Assembly (NCBI GenBank): GCA_021808545.1 | Contig: JAKBBM010000001.1 | Coordinates: forward strand, 21,330 to 85,329 | Reading direction: 5' to 3' | Source of the DNA: Pseudomonadota bacterium | GTDB taxonomy: Bacteria; Pseudomonadota; Alphaproteobacteria; Acetobacterales; Acetobacteraceae | Length of the DNA: 64,000 bases | In this document: positions 1 to 10,284 of the stretch, one piece after another | Numbering within the stretch: position 1 is the stretch's first letter | How the letters are laid out: every line of letters begins with the position of its first letter | The notes under the pieces: generated by a model | Databases searched by the model: none | Seen by the model: only the letters and a program-made list of their open reading frames with translations | Told to the model about the DNA's origin: nothing | Made by a program: the position numbers and the translations under genes

Positions 1-2
1 GG

Positions 3-251
3 GATCCGGAAGGAAAAGGCCAGCGCGGCAAGGCCGCCATTGCGGCTTTTTATGATATGTTCAAAGATTTTCAGGAATCGTTTGATTTCGAAATTCACCA
101 TCAAGAGCCGCGCGCCAACGAAGTCGCGGTCTTTGTGACAATGTATATCACGATGAAGGATGGTACCAAGTCTTCGACCAAGGCAATCAATATCTATAAA
201 CAGGGCTCGGATGGCCGCATTCAGTCGCTTCGCTCGTTCTGGAATGCCTGA
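3..251 (+). CDS. SnoaL/NTF2-like (ketosteroid isomerase-like) protein, 5'-truncated by window edge
   Basis: The frame is open from base 3 and reads DPEGKGQRGKAAIAAFYDMFKDF...INIYKQGSDGRIQSLRSFW. The DP.G...G.AAIAAFY start and GRI.SLR.FW end are typical of the KSI/SnoaL fold. Confidence 0.75.
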   Translation, partial: DPEGKGQRGKAAIAAFYDMFKDFQESFDFEIHHQEPRANEVAVFVTMYITMKDGTKSSTKAINIYKQGSDGRIQSLRSFWNA

Positions 252-382
252 TCTTTTATGGTGTCAAGCGGATAGCTAGCCTCTGGCCGCCGCCCGTTGT
301 CAAGGCCGCCATATCCGAGGGGCTTTAGCCGGAAAGCGGCGGGCTGATGCTGTTGTTTGTTTTGGGTAACGGCGGCCATGGC

Positions 383-1006
383 TTAGCGGCTGTGCCGCTG
401 CAGGAAGCTGTAAAGCTGTTCGGCGATCAGCCGGGGCGCGCCCTGGCCGGGATCTGGCGTGCGTCCATGCACGACAAAAAAGCAGGTCTGATCCATCTGC
501 CAAAGCAATAGGCGCGCGCGCAACCTTGCATCCGCATCGTGGGCGGCGGCGGCGAAGGCGGGATAGCGTGTGCCCAGATACGCGATCAGCGCGTCGCGCT
601 GGGCGGAAATCTCCTGGTATAGACGTTCCTCAAGACTGGTGACTTGCGTCAGCACCCCGCACACGGCCCGGTAATCTTGATGAAAGGCAAGGTAGCGGGT
701 GGCCCAGTCCTCAAGGGCGGCGAGGCTGGGTGTGCGCAGCGTTACAAGATGCGCGAACACAGGCCGCCAGGTCGGCTTGAACTCCTCGGCAATGGCGCAA
801 ATCAGCGCGAGCTTACTGTCGAAATGCGCGTAAAAGGCCGCGCGGCTAACAGCCGCCCGCGCTAGAATCGGCGCGATGCTGGTTTCACTATAGCCCCGCT
901 CATTGAACAATTCGGTCGCGGCGGCCAGAATCAGGGCGCGTGTGCGCTGCCTTTGTTCTGCCTGCAGCGCGTTGCGGCCGCGCCGGCCTATTACGCCATC
1001 CGCCAT
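383..1006 (-). CDS. TetR/AcrR family transcriptional regulator
   Basis: N-terminal HTH RTRALILAAATELFNERGYSETSI..I..RA.VSRAAFYAHFDSK; divergent from the flavin oxidoreductase. Confidence 0.93.
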   Translation of the reverse strand: MADGVIGRRGRNALQAEQRQRTRALILAAATELFNERGYSETSIAPILARAAVSRAAFYAHFDSKLALICAIAEEFKPTWRPVFAHLVTLRTPSLAALEDWATRYLAFHQDYRAVCGVLTQVTSLEERLYQEISAQRDALIAYLGTRYPAFAAAAHDADARLRARLLLWQMDQTCFFVVHGRTPDPGQGAPRLIAEQLYSFLQRHSR

Positions 1007-1020
1007 GGTCTGTTGCTCTT

Positions 1021-1052
1021 ATGTTGACAAGACAATTTGTATGGTCGAACAT
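1021..1052. promoter_or_regulatory. Imperfect inverted repeat (candidate TetR operator) overlapping a TTGACA -35 hexamer
   Basis: ATGTT-GAC-AAG-ACAA-T-TTGT-ATG-GTC-G-AACAT in the 76-bp divergent intergenic region; TTGACA at 1024-1029. Confidence 0.5.
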
Positions 1053-1082
1053 TATCCGTAAACAACCTCTATTTTCAGGGAA

Positions 1083-3242
1083 ATGGCCATGGCTGTCAGC
1101 AAGCCGGCGAACTCTGCCCCTTACGCCCACCTTTTGTCCCCTGGGCGTATTGGCACGCTCGAGGTGCGCAACCGGATTTTTGTTACGGCCATGGGGGTCA
1201 GCCTGGCGGAAGATGACGGCCAGTGCGGCGACCGGATCATCGCCTACCATGAAGAGCAGGCCAAGGGCGGTGCGGGGCTGATCATCACCGGCGTGATGGG
1301 CGTGGCCTGGCCGGTTGGGGCGGCTCAGCCCAACCAATCCGCGATTTCCGATGACCGGTTCCTGCCTGGCCTGCGCCGCCTTACCGATGCGGTGCATGCC
1401 CATGGCAGCAAGATCGCGGCACAACTGCATCATGGCGGGCTGGTGGCGACCTATTCCGCCAAGGACGGGCACCAGCTCTGGGGGCCCTCGTTGCCGCCGC
1501 CTTTCAAGGGCGATTTCCCCGATGCCTTCTTGCCTGAGGAAATGGCCGCCTTCGCGGGCGCCGTTGTTCCTCAAGTCAAGGTGCTCACGCGCGAGGATAT
1601 CGCCGTTGCGGTCAACCAATATGCGGCTGGCGCGGCGCGTGCCAAGGCGGCGGGCTTTGATGCGGTGGAGATCCATGGCGGCCATGGCTATCTGATCTCC
1701 TCCTTCATCTCGCCTTACACCAATAGGCGCGATGACGAGTATGGGGGGACGCTCGAAAACCGCACGCGCCTGATGCGCGAGGTGGTGAGCGCCGTGCGCG
1801 CGGCGGTGGGGCCTGAGTTTCCGGTTTGGATCAAGCTTGATTCCCGCGAGCTGGAGAAGACGCCCGGCATCACGCTGGAGGACGCCAAGCAAGCGGCGCA
1901 GATGGCCGAACGTGCTGGCGTGGATGCAGTAACGGTTTCGTCCTATCACGATGTGGGGAAGGGTAAGCTGCATTCGGCTTCCAATATCCCGCATGAGCCC
2001 GAGGCGAACATTCCCGCCGCTGCGGCGATCAAGGCGGTGCTGAAGGTGCCCGTGATTGCCTCTGGCCGGATCGAGCCCGACCGGGCCAACGCGAAAATCG
2101 GCGCGGGAGAGTTTGATTTTCTGGCCATGGGGCGCAAGCTGCTGGCGGATCCGCATCTGCCGCGCAAGCTGGCGGATGGGGACGCGGAGCGTGTGCGGCC
2201 GTGCATCTATTGTTATACTTGTGTCAGCACCGCCTATGTGCGCCAGCAGGTGCGCTGCGCGGTGAATTCCGAAACCGGCTTCGAATATCTGCGCGATCAA
2301 GCAGCCCCGCCTTCGGGGCGCCATTATGCCGTCATTGGCGGTGGACCGGGCGGCATGGAGGCCGCGCGGCGCCTGTCGGCGGCGGGCAACAAGGTCACGC
2401 TGATCGAGCGGGGAGAGCGGCTGGGCGGCACGTTGCGCTTCGCCTCTTTGGCCTATGAGCCAAATGAACGCTTGCTCAACTGGCTGCGCGGCGAAATCGC
2501 GGCCTCGGACGTCGATGTGCGGCTGAACACGGCCGCGACGCCTGACCTGCTCCGTAGCTTGCGGCCCGATCATGTGATCGTGGCAACGGGAGCGGTGCGT
2601 GATATGCCCCCCATCCCGGGAAACGATCTGCCGCATGTGTTCAGCGGCGATGATTTGCGCCATATGATGCTGGGCACGTCATCGCCCGCGCTGCGGCGCA
2701 AGACCGGCCTGTTCATTCGCCTCATGACCAAGCTTGGCGCTATGACCGGCCTGACCGCCAATCTTGCGTTCGTCCGCCAAGCCACCCAGCGCTGGATGCC
2801 GCTGGGCCGCCATATCGTGATTATCGGCGGCGAGCTGGTGGGCGTGGAGCTGGCCGAGTTCCTGACCGAGCGCGGCCGGCGGGTCACGGTCATCGAGGAA
2901 GGGCCGAAATTCGGCAAGGGTCTCACCTTGGTGCGGCGCATGCGGCTGATTCCGGAATTGCGTGAGCATGGTGTGTCGCTCTGTGCCGGGGTGAGCGATG
3001 TGCGGATCGGCGCGAAAGCCGTTACCTTCACCGATTCTGCCGGACAAGCCCATAGCGTCAGCGCCGATCATGTGATCGTTGCCCGTGGCGCGCGTGGTGA
3101 TTCGGCTCTGGCCGAGGCCCTGCGTGCCGCCGGCTTGGCCGTGACCGAGATCGGTGATGGCACCGGGGTTGGCTATATCGAAGGCGCCATGCGCGGGGCG
3201 GCGCGCGCCGTGCAGGGCGTGGCGGCCATTCCGCTCACATAA
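1083..3242 (+). CDS. Old yellow enzyme family NADH:flavin oxidoreductase (2,4-dienoyl-CoA reductase-like, FMN/4Fe-4S/FAD)
   Basis: LLSPGRIGTLEVRNRI, EIHGGHGYLISSFISP.TN.R.DEYGG, Fe-S motif CIYCYTC-x11-CAVN, FAD motif VIGGGPGGMEAA. Confidence 0.92.
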   Translation: MAMAVSKPANSAPYAHLLSPGRIGTLEVRNRIFVTAMGVSLAEDDGQCGDRIIAYHEEQAKGGAGLIITGVMGVAWPVGAAQPNQSAISDDRFLPGLRRLTDAVHAHGSKIAAQLHHGGLVATYSAKDGHQLWGPSLPPPFKGDFPDAFLPEEMAAFAGAVVPQVKVLTREDIAVAVNQYAAGAARAKAAGFDAVEIHGGHGYLISSFISPYTNRRDDEYGGTLENRTRLMREVVSAVRAAVGPEFPVWIKLDSRELEKTPGITLEDAKQAAQMAERAGVDAVTVSSYHDVGKGKLHSASNIPHEPEANIPAAAAIKAVLKVPVIASGRIEPDRANAKIGAGEFDFLAMGRKLLADPHLPRKLADGDAERVRPCIYCYTCVSTAYVRQQVRCAVNSETGFEYLRDQAAPPSGRHYAVIGGGPGGMEAARRLSAAGNKVTLIERGERLGGTLRFASLAYEPNERLLNWLRGEIAASDVDVRLNTAATPDLLRSLRPDHVIVATGAVRDMPPIPGNDLPHVFSGDDLRHMMLGTSSPALRRKTGLFIRLMTKLGAMTGLTANLAFVRQATQRWMPLGRHIVIIGGELVGVELAEFLTERGRRVTVIEEGPKFGKGLTLVRRMRLIPELREHGVSLCAGVSDVRIGAKAVTFTDSAGQAHSVSADHVIVARGARGDSALAEALRAAGLAVTEIGDGTGVGYIEGAMRGAARAVQGVAAIPLT

Positions 3243-3254
3243 GCCGCTGATATT

Positions 3255-3275
3255 GGCCCGCCTTATGGGCGGGCC
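3255..3275. terminator. Hairpin between convergent oxidoreductase and LysR genes
   Basis: GGCCCGCC-TTATG-GGCGGGCC 8-bp stem overlapping the LysR stop; no clear U-tract. Confidence 0.4.
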
Positions 3276-4198
3276 GGCATGGCCCCATGCCCGCGCGACC
3301 AGGGCGCGGCCGCGAAATGCGCCGCAAGATAATCGAGCAGTACGGTGACCTTGGCCGGGCGCAATGGGTTTGGCGGGGTCACGAGGTTGAGCGCGATGGG
3401 CGGCAATTCCCAGCCGGGCAGCATTTCCTCAAGCTGCCCCGCCGCCAGCTCCCGCCAGACCATGAATTCAGGCTGCAGCGCCATGCCCCGCCCAGCCAGC
3501 AGGGCGGGGTGGAGTGTGTCGGCATTATTCGTGCGCAGCCGCCCGCGCACGGGCACGGCATAATCGCCTTCATGCGGATGGTGAAAGCGCCACAGATCTG
3601 GTGTGGCCGTGTTGGTGTAGATCAGTGCCTCGTGCTGGCTTAGCTCGCGCGGATGTTGGGGGCGGCCGAAGCGATCAAGATAAGCAGGCGATGCCACCAG
3701 CGGCCGGCGCACCGCGCAAAGCCGCCGCCCGCGCAGGGATGAATCGGCCAAAGTGGCGATGCGCAGCGCCACATCGTACCCCTCCGCGACTAAATCAACC
3801 AGCGAATCGCTGACATGCAGGTCGATCTCCACATCCGGGTAGCGTTCCAGGAAGCCTGGCAAAATTGGCGCCAGATGCTTGATCCCAAAGGACATTGGCG
3901 CGGCGAAACGCACCAGCCCGCGCGGCGTGCCCGCCTCGGCCGAGGCTTGCGCCTCGGCGGCCTCACCCTCGGCCATGATCCGAGCGGCCCGCTCAAGCGC
4001 GCCGCGCCCGGTTTCGGTTAAGGATAGGCGCCGCGATGTCCGCTGGAGCAGCGCCGTGCCCAGCCGCCGCTCCAGCCGAGTGAGCGCCTTGGAAACAGTC
4101 GCTTTTGATAAATGCAACTCCTCCGCAGCGCGGGCAAAGGAGCCGCTTTGCGCCACTTTGGCGAAAATGGCCCAGGCCTCGAAATCGGGTAATGGCAT
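3263..4198 (-). CDS. LysR family transcriptional regulator (CrgA-like)
   Basis: [51 protein letters not shown]; [14 protein letters not shown]; [12 protein letters not shown]. Confidence 0.96.
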   Translation of the reverse strand: MPLPDFEAWAIFAKVAQSGSFARAAEELHLSKATVSKALTRLERRLGTALLQRTSRRLSLTETGRGALERAARIMAEGEAAEAQASAEAGTPRGLVRFAAPMSFGIKHLAPILPGFLERYPDVEIDLHVSDSLVDLVAEGYDVALRIATLADSSLRGRRLCAVRRPLVASPAYLDRFGRPQHPRELSQHEALIYTNTATPDLWRFHHPHEGDYAVPVRGRLRTNNADTLHPALLAGRGMALQPEFMVWRELAAGQLEEMLPGWELPPIALNLVTPPNPLRPAKVTVLLDYLAAHFAAAPWSRGHGAMPARP

Positions 4199-4322
4199 TA
4201 TATCAATTCCTGAAACGGTGAGTTTCTATCATTTCTGTTTTTATTACCGCGCCCAGGGCCTATCTCAAACCCGGAACAAGGCTCGGGGACAAAACCCAAA
4301 GGGCCGGCAAGGAGTGATAATC

Positions 4323-5021
4323 ATGATTGATCTTCGACCTTTCAGCGGCCTTGGCGGCGCTGACCATGGCTGGCTGAACGCCAAGCACCATTTTTCCTTT
4401 GCCTCGTATCATGATCCCGAAAGAATGGGTTGGGGGGCACTGCGTGTCTGGAATGACGACGCCATTGCCCCTGGCACCGGCTTTGCCCCGCACCCGCACC
4501 GGGATATGGAGATCATCACCTATGTCCGTGAAGGCGCGATCACGCATGAAGATAGTCTGGGCAATAAAGGCCGGACCGTGGCGGGGGATGTGCAGGTGAT
4601 GTCGGCGGGCACGGGCATCGTGCATAGCGAGTTCAACCGCGAGGATGAGACAACCCGGCTGTTTCAGATCTGGGTGCAGACCAATGCGCGCGGGCATGCG
4701 CCGGGCTGGGGCATGCGCCCGTTTCCCAAGGATGGCCGGGCCGGCCGGTTCGTGGTGCTGGCCTCGGGCTTCGCGGAGGATGCCGAGGCGCTGCCGATCC
4801 ATGCCGCGGCGCGGATTCTGGGGGCGACACTCAAAGCCGGGCAGAGTCTGACCTATGCGCTGGGCGGCGAGCGGCTTGGCTATCTGGTGCCGGCCATGGG
4901 GGCGGTAGAAGTTGAGGGCGTGCGGGTGAATACGCGTGATGGGGCCGCGATCAGCCAAGTCGAGAGTCTGAGCATCACCGCGCTGGAGGATGCGGAAATC
5001 GTCCTCGCCGACATTATCTAA
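4323..5021 (+). CDS. Pirin family protein (YhhW-like)
   Basis: ATG at 4323 after AAGGAG; GGADHGWLNAKHHFSFASY, GF..HPHRDMEIITYVREG.I.HEDS, SAGTGI.HSE.N, FQIW. The ORF track over-extends the start to 3879. Confidence 0.95.
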   Translation: MIDLRPFSGLGGADHGWLNAKHHFSFASYHDPERMGWGALRVWNDDAIAPGTGFAPHPHRDMEIITYVREGAITHEDSLGNKGRTVAGDVQVMSAGTGIVHSEFNREDETTRLFQIWVQTNARGHAPGWGMRPFPKDGRAGRFVVLASGFAEDAEALPIHAAARILGATLKAGQSLTYALGGERLGYLVPAMGAVEVEGVRVNTRDGAAISQVESLSITALEDAEIVLADII

Positions 5022-5069
5022 GCTTGTATCGTAACGTAATTTTTCACGTCAACGCCGAAGGAGGCAAGC

Positions 5070-5669
5070 ATGAGCAAGGTTCTGGTTCTGTATTATTCCA
5101 CCTATGGCCATATCGAGCAGATGGCCGAGGCGGTGGCCGCTGGCGCGCGCGAGGCCGGCGCCAATGTCGACATTAAGCGCGTGCCCGAAACAGCGCCCGA
5201 GGAGGTGGCGAAAGCCGCGCATTTCAAGCTCGACCAGAAGGCGCCGCTCGCCACTGTGGAGGAACTGGCCGATTATGACGCCATCATCATTGGCGCGCCC
5301 ACACGTTTTGGCCGCATGCCTTCGCAGATGGCGAGCTTTCTTGACCAGGCGGGCGGTTTGTGGATGCGCGGCGCGCTGAACGGCAAGGTTGGTTCGGCTT
5401 TTACCTCCACCGCCAGCCAGCATGGCGGCCAGGAAGCCACCTTGTTCTCTACCATTACCAACCTGCTGCATTTCGGCATGGTGGTCGTGGGCCTGCCTTA
5501 CAGCTTCCAGGGCCAACTGACGCTCGATGAGGTGAGCGGTGGCAGCCCTTATGGCGCCACCACCATTGCCGCCGGCGACGGCAGCCGCCAACCAAGCGAA
5601 AATGAGCTGGCCGGGGCCCGCTTCCAAGGCCGGCATGTGGCCGAGATCGCCAACAAGCTTTTTGGCTGA
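5070..5669 (+). CDS. wrbA: NAD(P)H:quinone oxidoreductase WrbA
   Basis: [48 protein letters not shown]; RBS AAGGAGG. Confidence 0.97.
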   Translation: MSKVLVLYYSTYGHIEQMAEAVAAGAREAGANVDIKRVPETAPEEVAKAAHFKLDQKAPLATVEELADYDAIIIGAPTRFGRMPSQMASFLDQAGGLWMRGALNGKVGSAFTSTASQHGGQEATLFSTITNLLHFGMVVVGLPYSFQGQLTLDEVSGGSPYGATTIAAGDGSRQPSENELAGARFQGRHVAEIANKLFG

Positions 5670-5683
5670 TAGACTTTGTTCGT

Positions 5684-5705
5684 AAACCGGGCCAAAGCCC
5701 GGTTT
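5684..5705 (+). terminator. Stem-loop after wrbA
   Basis: AAACCGGGC-CAAA-GCCCGGTTT 9-bp stem with a short U-run. Confidence 0.55.
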
Positions 5706-5740
5706 GCCGAAGCAGAATATCAAATCAAGGGGAGATTGTT

Positions 5741-6166
5741 ATGGCGACATCGGATTCTAGTTCTTTGCGTAACGAGGCGATTCTTGTAGCCCGTATCCTG
5801 CTGATGTTATTATTCGTGATTTTCGGTTGGCAGAAGCTCACCGGTTATTCCGGAACGGTGTCTTACATGGCGCATGTGGGCGCACCGCTGCCAAGCTTGG
5901 CCGCCTTGGTTGCCATTGTCATGGAATTCTTTGTGGGGCTGGCGCTTGTTTTTGGCCTGTACACACGTCCGCTGGCGCTGCTGATGCTGGTTTACACATT
6001 CGGCACGGCGGTGATCGGGCATCATTACTGGACCATGCATGGTATGGCGGCATTTGAAGCCAAGATCAATTTCTATAAGAATATCAGCATCATGGGCGGC
6101 TTATTGCTGCTTTATGTCACGGGGGCGGGGCGTTATTCGCTCGATCGCCTGTTCAAGCGGGGCTGA
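5741..6166 (+). CDS. DoxX family membrane protein
   Basis: LVARILLMLLFVIFGWQKL, G...RPLALLMLVYTFGTAVIGHHYW, NFYKNISIMGGLLLL...GAGRYSLD. Confidence 0.93.
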   Translation: MATSDSSSLRNEAILVARILLMLLFVIFGWQKLTGYSGTVSYMAHVGAPLPSLAALVAIVMEFFVGLALVFGLYTRPLALLMLVYTFGTAVIGHHYWTMHGMAAFEAKINFYKNISIMGGLLLLYVTGAGRYSLDRLFKRG

Positions 6167-6231
6167 TACGCAAGGCCGGTCAGTATCCTGGCTCGGGGCG
6201 GGGACAGAACCATCCCCGCCCCAGGCGCGCT

Positions 6232-7341
6232 TCAGGCTAAGGCCAGAACGCTGGCGAGGATGAAGCGGATCAGGTCGGCTTGGCCGCGCGCGCCCATTTT
6301 GGCGTAGATTTTTTTTGAATAATTACGGGCGGTTTCAACGGTCAGGCCAAGCGCGTCCGCGCCTTCCGCGATTGACATGCCCTGGCTCAAGACTAAGGCC
6401 AGTCGTGCTTCGCTAGGCAGCAAGCCAAACAAATCCGCGATCTGCTCATGCCGGTTGGAGGCGGTCTGGTTATCGCCTTGCACATAGGCGATCGCGACCT
6501 GGTGCGCGGGCGGCGTGTTTTGCGCCCCCCGGGCGGGAACGACCAGGATCTCGATCCAGGGGTCGCGGCTGATGGACAGCGCGCGCGGGCGCTCATGCGG
6601 GTTGGTGGCGCAGCGTTTTATGGCGTCGCTCAGCTCATAATCCAGCGCCTGGCGGGCCGCCACCAGACGGCCATGGCGGTCGCGGCGCAGCTCGCCGCAA
6701 TGCTGGAGCAGATGATCCGCATGCGGGCTGGTTTCGATAATCCGGGACGCGGCGTCCAGGCTGATCCAGCCAAAATTCAGGCGCTGCATCATCTCGGCGG
6801 CGATCCCTGAGCGGAACCGCTCCTGCTCAATCGTGACATAGGCGCGCAAGGCCCGCTGGGCGTGGGGGACGAGATTTCTGAGCAAGGCCGCATCGGCGCC
6901 GGTAAAATCGGACTTGTCGCGGGCGATGCTCAGCCACGCGCTGGTGCCCCCAGGCTCGACAATGCGCGCGATGCGCATATGGCGAAAGCCGTTGGATACG
7001 AATAACTCATTGTAAATATTGGCATGGGCCGGGTTGCTAAGCTCAAGCAGCTCGGCAATGGAATAGATCCGCTCCGGCCGTAAATTGAAGGCGGGAAAGC
7101 CAGGCTGTTGGTTCAGCGCGCCGCGGTAGAAGCCGCGCAGGGCCAGCGGCGAGGGCTCGCCGGTGCAAAATTCGGTGATCATATCGCCATGCAGGCAGGG
7201 CGGGCACAGCAAAATACCAGCATAATCAGCTTGCACGCGGGTGCGCAACCGATCCAGGAAAGACGCCCATAGTGGCTGCTCATAAAGCCCGTCATGCAGG
7301 GCGGTGAGGAGGTTTTGTTCGTCGGCGGTGCTGAGGGTCAT
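6232..7341 (-). CDS. LuxR-type HTH transcriptional regulator with N-terminal sensor/PAS-like region
   Basis: C-terminal [55 protein letters not shown]. Confidence 0.85.
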   Translation of the reverse strand: MTLSTADEQNLLTALHDGLYEQPLWASFLDRLRTRVQADYAGILLCPPCLHGDMITEFCTGEPSPLALRGFYRGALNQQPGFPAFNLRPERIYSIAELLELSNPAHANIYNELFVSNGFRHMRIARIVEPGGTSAWLSIARDKSDFTGADAALLRNLVPHAQRALRAYVTIEQERFRSGIAAEMMQRLNFGWISLDAASRIIETSPHADHLLQHCGELRRDRHGRLVAARQALDYELSDAIKRCATNPHERPRALSISRDPWIEILVVPARGAQNTPPAHQVAIAYVQGDNQTASNRHEQIADLFGLLPSEARLALVLSQGMSIAEGADALGLTVETARNYSKKIYAKMGARGQADLIRFILASVLALA

Positions 7342-7465
7342 GGCATCAATATACTCCCATATGGGAGGTTACGACTTTGCTGGATCGTGTCAATCAAATG
7401 CATCATCCGCATTAGAAGCGGCCACCCAGCTTACGGAATGGAATAATGATACAGCGAGGAACAAA

Positions 7466-8374
7466 ATGAGTGCCGTAACCCTGACCCATTTGGAACGGCT
7501 TGAGGCTGAGTCCATCCAGATCATGCGCGAGGTTGTGTCCGAGGTCGAGAAGCCGGTGATGCTTTATTCCGTCGGCAAGGACTCGGCGGTGATGCTGCAT
7601 CTGGCGCGCAAGGCGTTTTACCCCAGCCCGCCGCCCTTTCCGCTGCTGCATGTCGACACGACCTGGAAGTTCAAGGCCATGTACGAAATGCGAGACCGCA
7701 TGGCCAAGGAAAGTGGCATGGAGCTGCTGGTTTATCAAAACCCCGAAGCCAAGGCGAAGGGTATTAATCCGTTCGACCATGGCGCCCTGCATACCGATAT
7801 GTGGAAGACCGAGGGGCTGAAGCAGGCGTTGGATAAATACGGGTTCGACGCGGCCTTTGGCGGCGCGCGCCGCGATGAGGAGAAGTCCCGTGCTAAGGAG
7901 CGGATTTTCTCGTTCCGATCGGCCAATCATCGCTGGGATCCGAAAAATCAGCGCCCGGAGCTGTGGAATCTTTACAACGCCCGCAAGGCCAAGGGCGAGA
8001 GCATACGCGTTTTCCCAATTTCGAACTGGACCGAGCTGGATATTTGGCAATATATCCATTTGGAAAAAATCGATATCGTGCCTTTATATTTCGCGGCCAA
8101 GCGGCCGACCGTGGAACGCGATGGGCTGCTGCTCATGGTCGATGACGACCGCTTCCCGCTGAAGCCGGGCGAAACGCCGGAAATGAGGTCGATCCGCTTC
8201 CGTACGCTGGGCTGCTATCCGCTCACCGGCGCCGTGGAGAGTGAAGCGACCACCTTGCCTGAGGTGATCCAGGAAATGCTGCTCACCACCACGTCCGAGC
8301 GCCAAGGCCGGGCGATTGATAAGGATGCTGGCGGGGCCAGCATGGAAAAGAAAAAGCAGGAGGGCTATTTCTAA
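7466..8374 (+). CDS. cysD: Sulfate adenylyltransferase subunit 2
   Basis: [68 protein letters not shown]; ATG at 7466 after GAGGA. Confidence 0.97.
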   Translation: MSAVTLTHLERLEAESIQIMREVVSEVEKPVMLYSVGKDSAVMLHLARKAFYPSPPPFPLLHVDTTWKFKAMYEMRDRMAKESGMELLVYQNPEAKAKGINPFDHGALHTDMWKTEGLKQALDKYGFDAAFGGARRDEEKSRAKERIFSFRSANHRWDPKNQRPELWNLYNARKAKGESIRVFPISNWTELDIWQYIHLEKIDIVPLYFAAKRPTVERDGLLLMVDDDRFPLKPGETPEMRSIRFRTLGCYPLTGAVESEATTLPEVIQEMLLTTTSERQGRAIDKDAGGASMEKKKQEGYF

Positions 8375-10284
8375 TGTCCGAGATCAAGGAAAGCTCCTAC
8401 AAAACCGATGAGCTGATCGCCAAGGATATCGATGCGTATCTGGAGCAGCATCAGCATAAATCGCTGCTGCGCTTTATTACCTGCGGCTCGGTGGATGACG
8501 GTAAATCCACTCTGATTGGACGGCTGCTCTACGATTCCAAGATGATTTTCGAGGATCAGCTCGCCGCACTCGAAGCCGATTCCAAAAAAGTCGGCACGCA
8601 GGGGCAGAATATCGATTTCGCGCTGCTGGTCGATGGCCTGGCCGCCGAGCGCGAACAGGGCATCACCATCGATGTGGCCTATCGGTTCTTCGCCACCGAG
8701 AAGCGTAAATTCATTGTCGCGGACACGCCCGGCCATGAACAATATACGCGCAACATGGTCACCGGCGCGTCCACGGCGGATCTTGCCGTGATCCTCATCG
8801 ATGCGCGCAAGGGCGTGCTGACACAAACGCGCCGCCATTCCTACCTGGCGCATCTCATCGGCATCCGCAACATCGTGCTGGCGGTGAACAAGATGGACCT
8901 GATCGATTACGATCAGGCGAAGTACGAGGCGATTGTCGCCGATTACAAGGCCTTCGCTGACAGTATCGGCATTAAGGGCTTCACGCCCATGCCGATCTCG
9001 GGCTTTATGGGTGATAACATCACCACCAAATCCACGAACACGCCTTGGTATCGGGGGCCGACCCTGATGGCGCATCTGGAAAGCGTGGAGCTGGACGTGA
9101 CGGCTGATCAGGCCAAGCCGTTCCGCATGGCGGTGCAATGGGTGAACCGGCCGAATTTGGATTTCCGTGGTTTCTCGGGCCAAATCGCGAGCGGCGTGGT
9201 CCGCCCGGGCGATGCCATCCGGGTTCTGCCTTCGGGCAAGACCTCCCAGGTTACCCGCATCGTTACCATGGATGGCGATCTGGAGCAGGCGGTGGCGGGG
9301 CAGTCCATCACGCTGTGCTTTGCCGATGAGATTGATTGCTCGCGCGGCGATGTGATCACCCTGTCGGACCAGCCGGTGCAGGTGGCCGATCAGTTCGAGG
9401 CGACCATCGTCTGGATGGCCGATGAGGCGCTGACTCCAGGCCGCGCCTATTGGCTCAAAATTGGTACGCAGACCGTCTCGGCCTCCATCCACGCGCCGAA
9501 ATACCAGGTGAACGTGAACACGATGGAGCATGTGGCGTCCAAGACGCTGGAGCTGAACGCGATCGGTGTCGCCAATATCGCCACCGACCGTGCCATTCCG
9601 TTCGAGGCGTACGAGAAGAACCATGCGCTGGGCGGCTTCATCCTCATCGACAAGATGAACAACGCCACTGTGGCGGCGGGGATGATCCATTTCGCGCTGC
9701 GCCGCTCGCAGAACGTGCATTGGCAGGCGCTCGATGTCTCGCGCGAGACGCATGCCAAGCTCAAGAATCAAAAGCCGGCGGTGCTATGGTTCACGGGGCT
9801 GTCGGGAGCAGGCAAGAGCACCATCGCCAATCTGGTCGAGAAGCGGCTGGTGCGCATGAACCGCCATACCTTCCTGCTGGATGGCGATAATGTCCGTCAT
9901 GGCCTCAACAAGGATCTCGGCTTTACCGAGACGGACCGGATCGAGAATATCCGCCGCGTCGGCGAGGTGGCCAAGCTGATGACCGATGCCGGGCTGATTG
10001 TGCTGACCGCCTTTATCTCGCCCTTCCGTTCGGAGCGCGACATGGTGCGGCAGATGATGCAGCCGGGCGAGTTCATCGAGATCTTCATCGACACGCCCTT
10101 GGCCGAGGCCGAGAAGCGTGACGTGAAGGGGCTGTATAAAAAGGCCCGTGCCGGGGAGCTGAAGAACTTCACCGGTATCGACAGCCCGTATGAGCCGCCG
10201 GAAGATCCCGAGCTGCATATCGACACGTCCAAACTCACACCCGAACAGGCGGCCGACCTGATCGTTGAAAGGCTGATCCCGTGA
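8374..10284 (+). CDS. cysNC: Bifunctional sulfate adenylyltransferase subunit 1 / adenylylsulfate kinase (CysNC/NodQ type)
   Basis: GTPase [22 protein letters not shown]; C-terminal APS kinase [33 protein letters not shown]. Confidence 0.97.
   Translation: MSEIKESSYKTDELIAKDIDAYLEQHQHKSLLRFITCGSVDDGKSTLIGRLLYDSKMIFEDQLAALEADSKKVGTQGQNIDFALLVDGLAAEREQGITIDVAYRFFATEKRKFIVADTPGHEQYTRNMVTGASTADLAVILIDARKGVLTQTRRHSYLAHLIGIRNIVLAVNKMDLIDYDQAKYEAIVADYKAFADSIGIKGFTPMPISGFMGDNITTKSTNTPWYRGPTLMAHLESVELDVTADQAKPFRMAVQWVNRPNLDFRGFSGQIASGVVRPGDAIRVLPSGKTSQVTRIVTMDGDLEQAVAGQSITLCFADEIDCSRGDVITLSDQPVQVADQFEATIVWMADEALTPGRAYWLKIGTQTVSASIHAPKYQVNVNTMEHVASKTLELNAIGVANIATDRAIPFEAYEKNHALGGFILIDKMNNATVAAGMIHFALRRSQNVHWQALDVSRETHAKLKNQKPAVLWFTGLSGAGKSTIANLVEKRLVRMNRHTFLLDGDNVRHGLNKDLGFTETDRIENIRRVGEVAKLMTDAGLIVLTAFISPFRSERDMVRQMMQPGEFIEIFIDTPLAEAEKRDVKGLYKKARAGELKNFTGIDSPYEPPEDPELHIDTSKLTPEQAADLIVERLIP

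Noticed and set aside
900-2663. 587-aa minus-strand ORF
   Set aside because: Antisense shadow of the well-supported OYE gene; no motifs; expected in high-GC DNA.
3879-4322. N-terminal extension of the pirin ORF
   Set aside because: Overlaps LysR on the opposite strand; a good RBS and the family start are at 4323.
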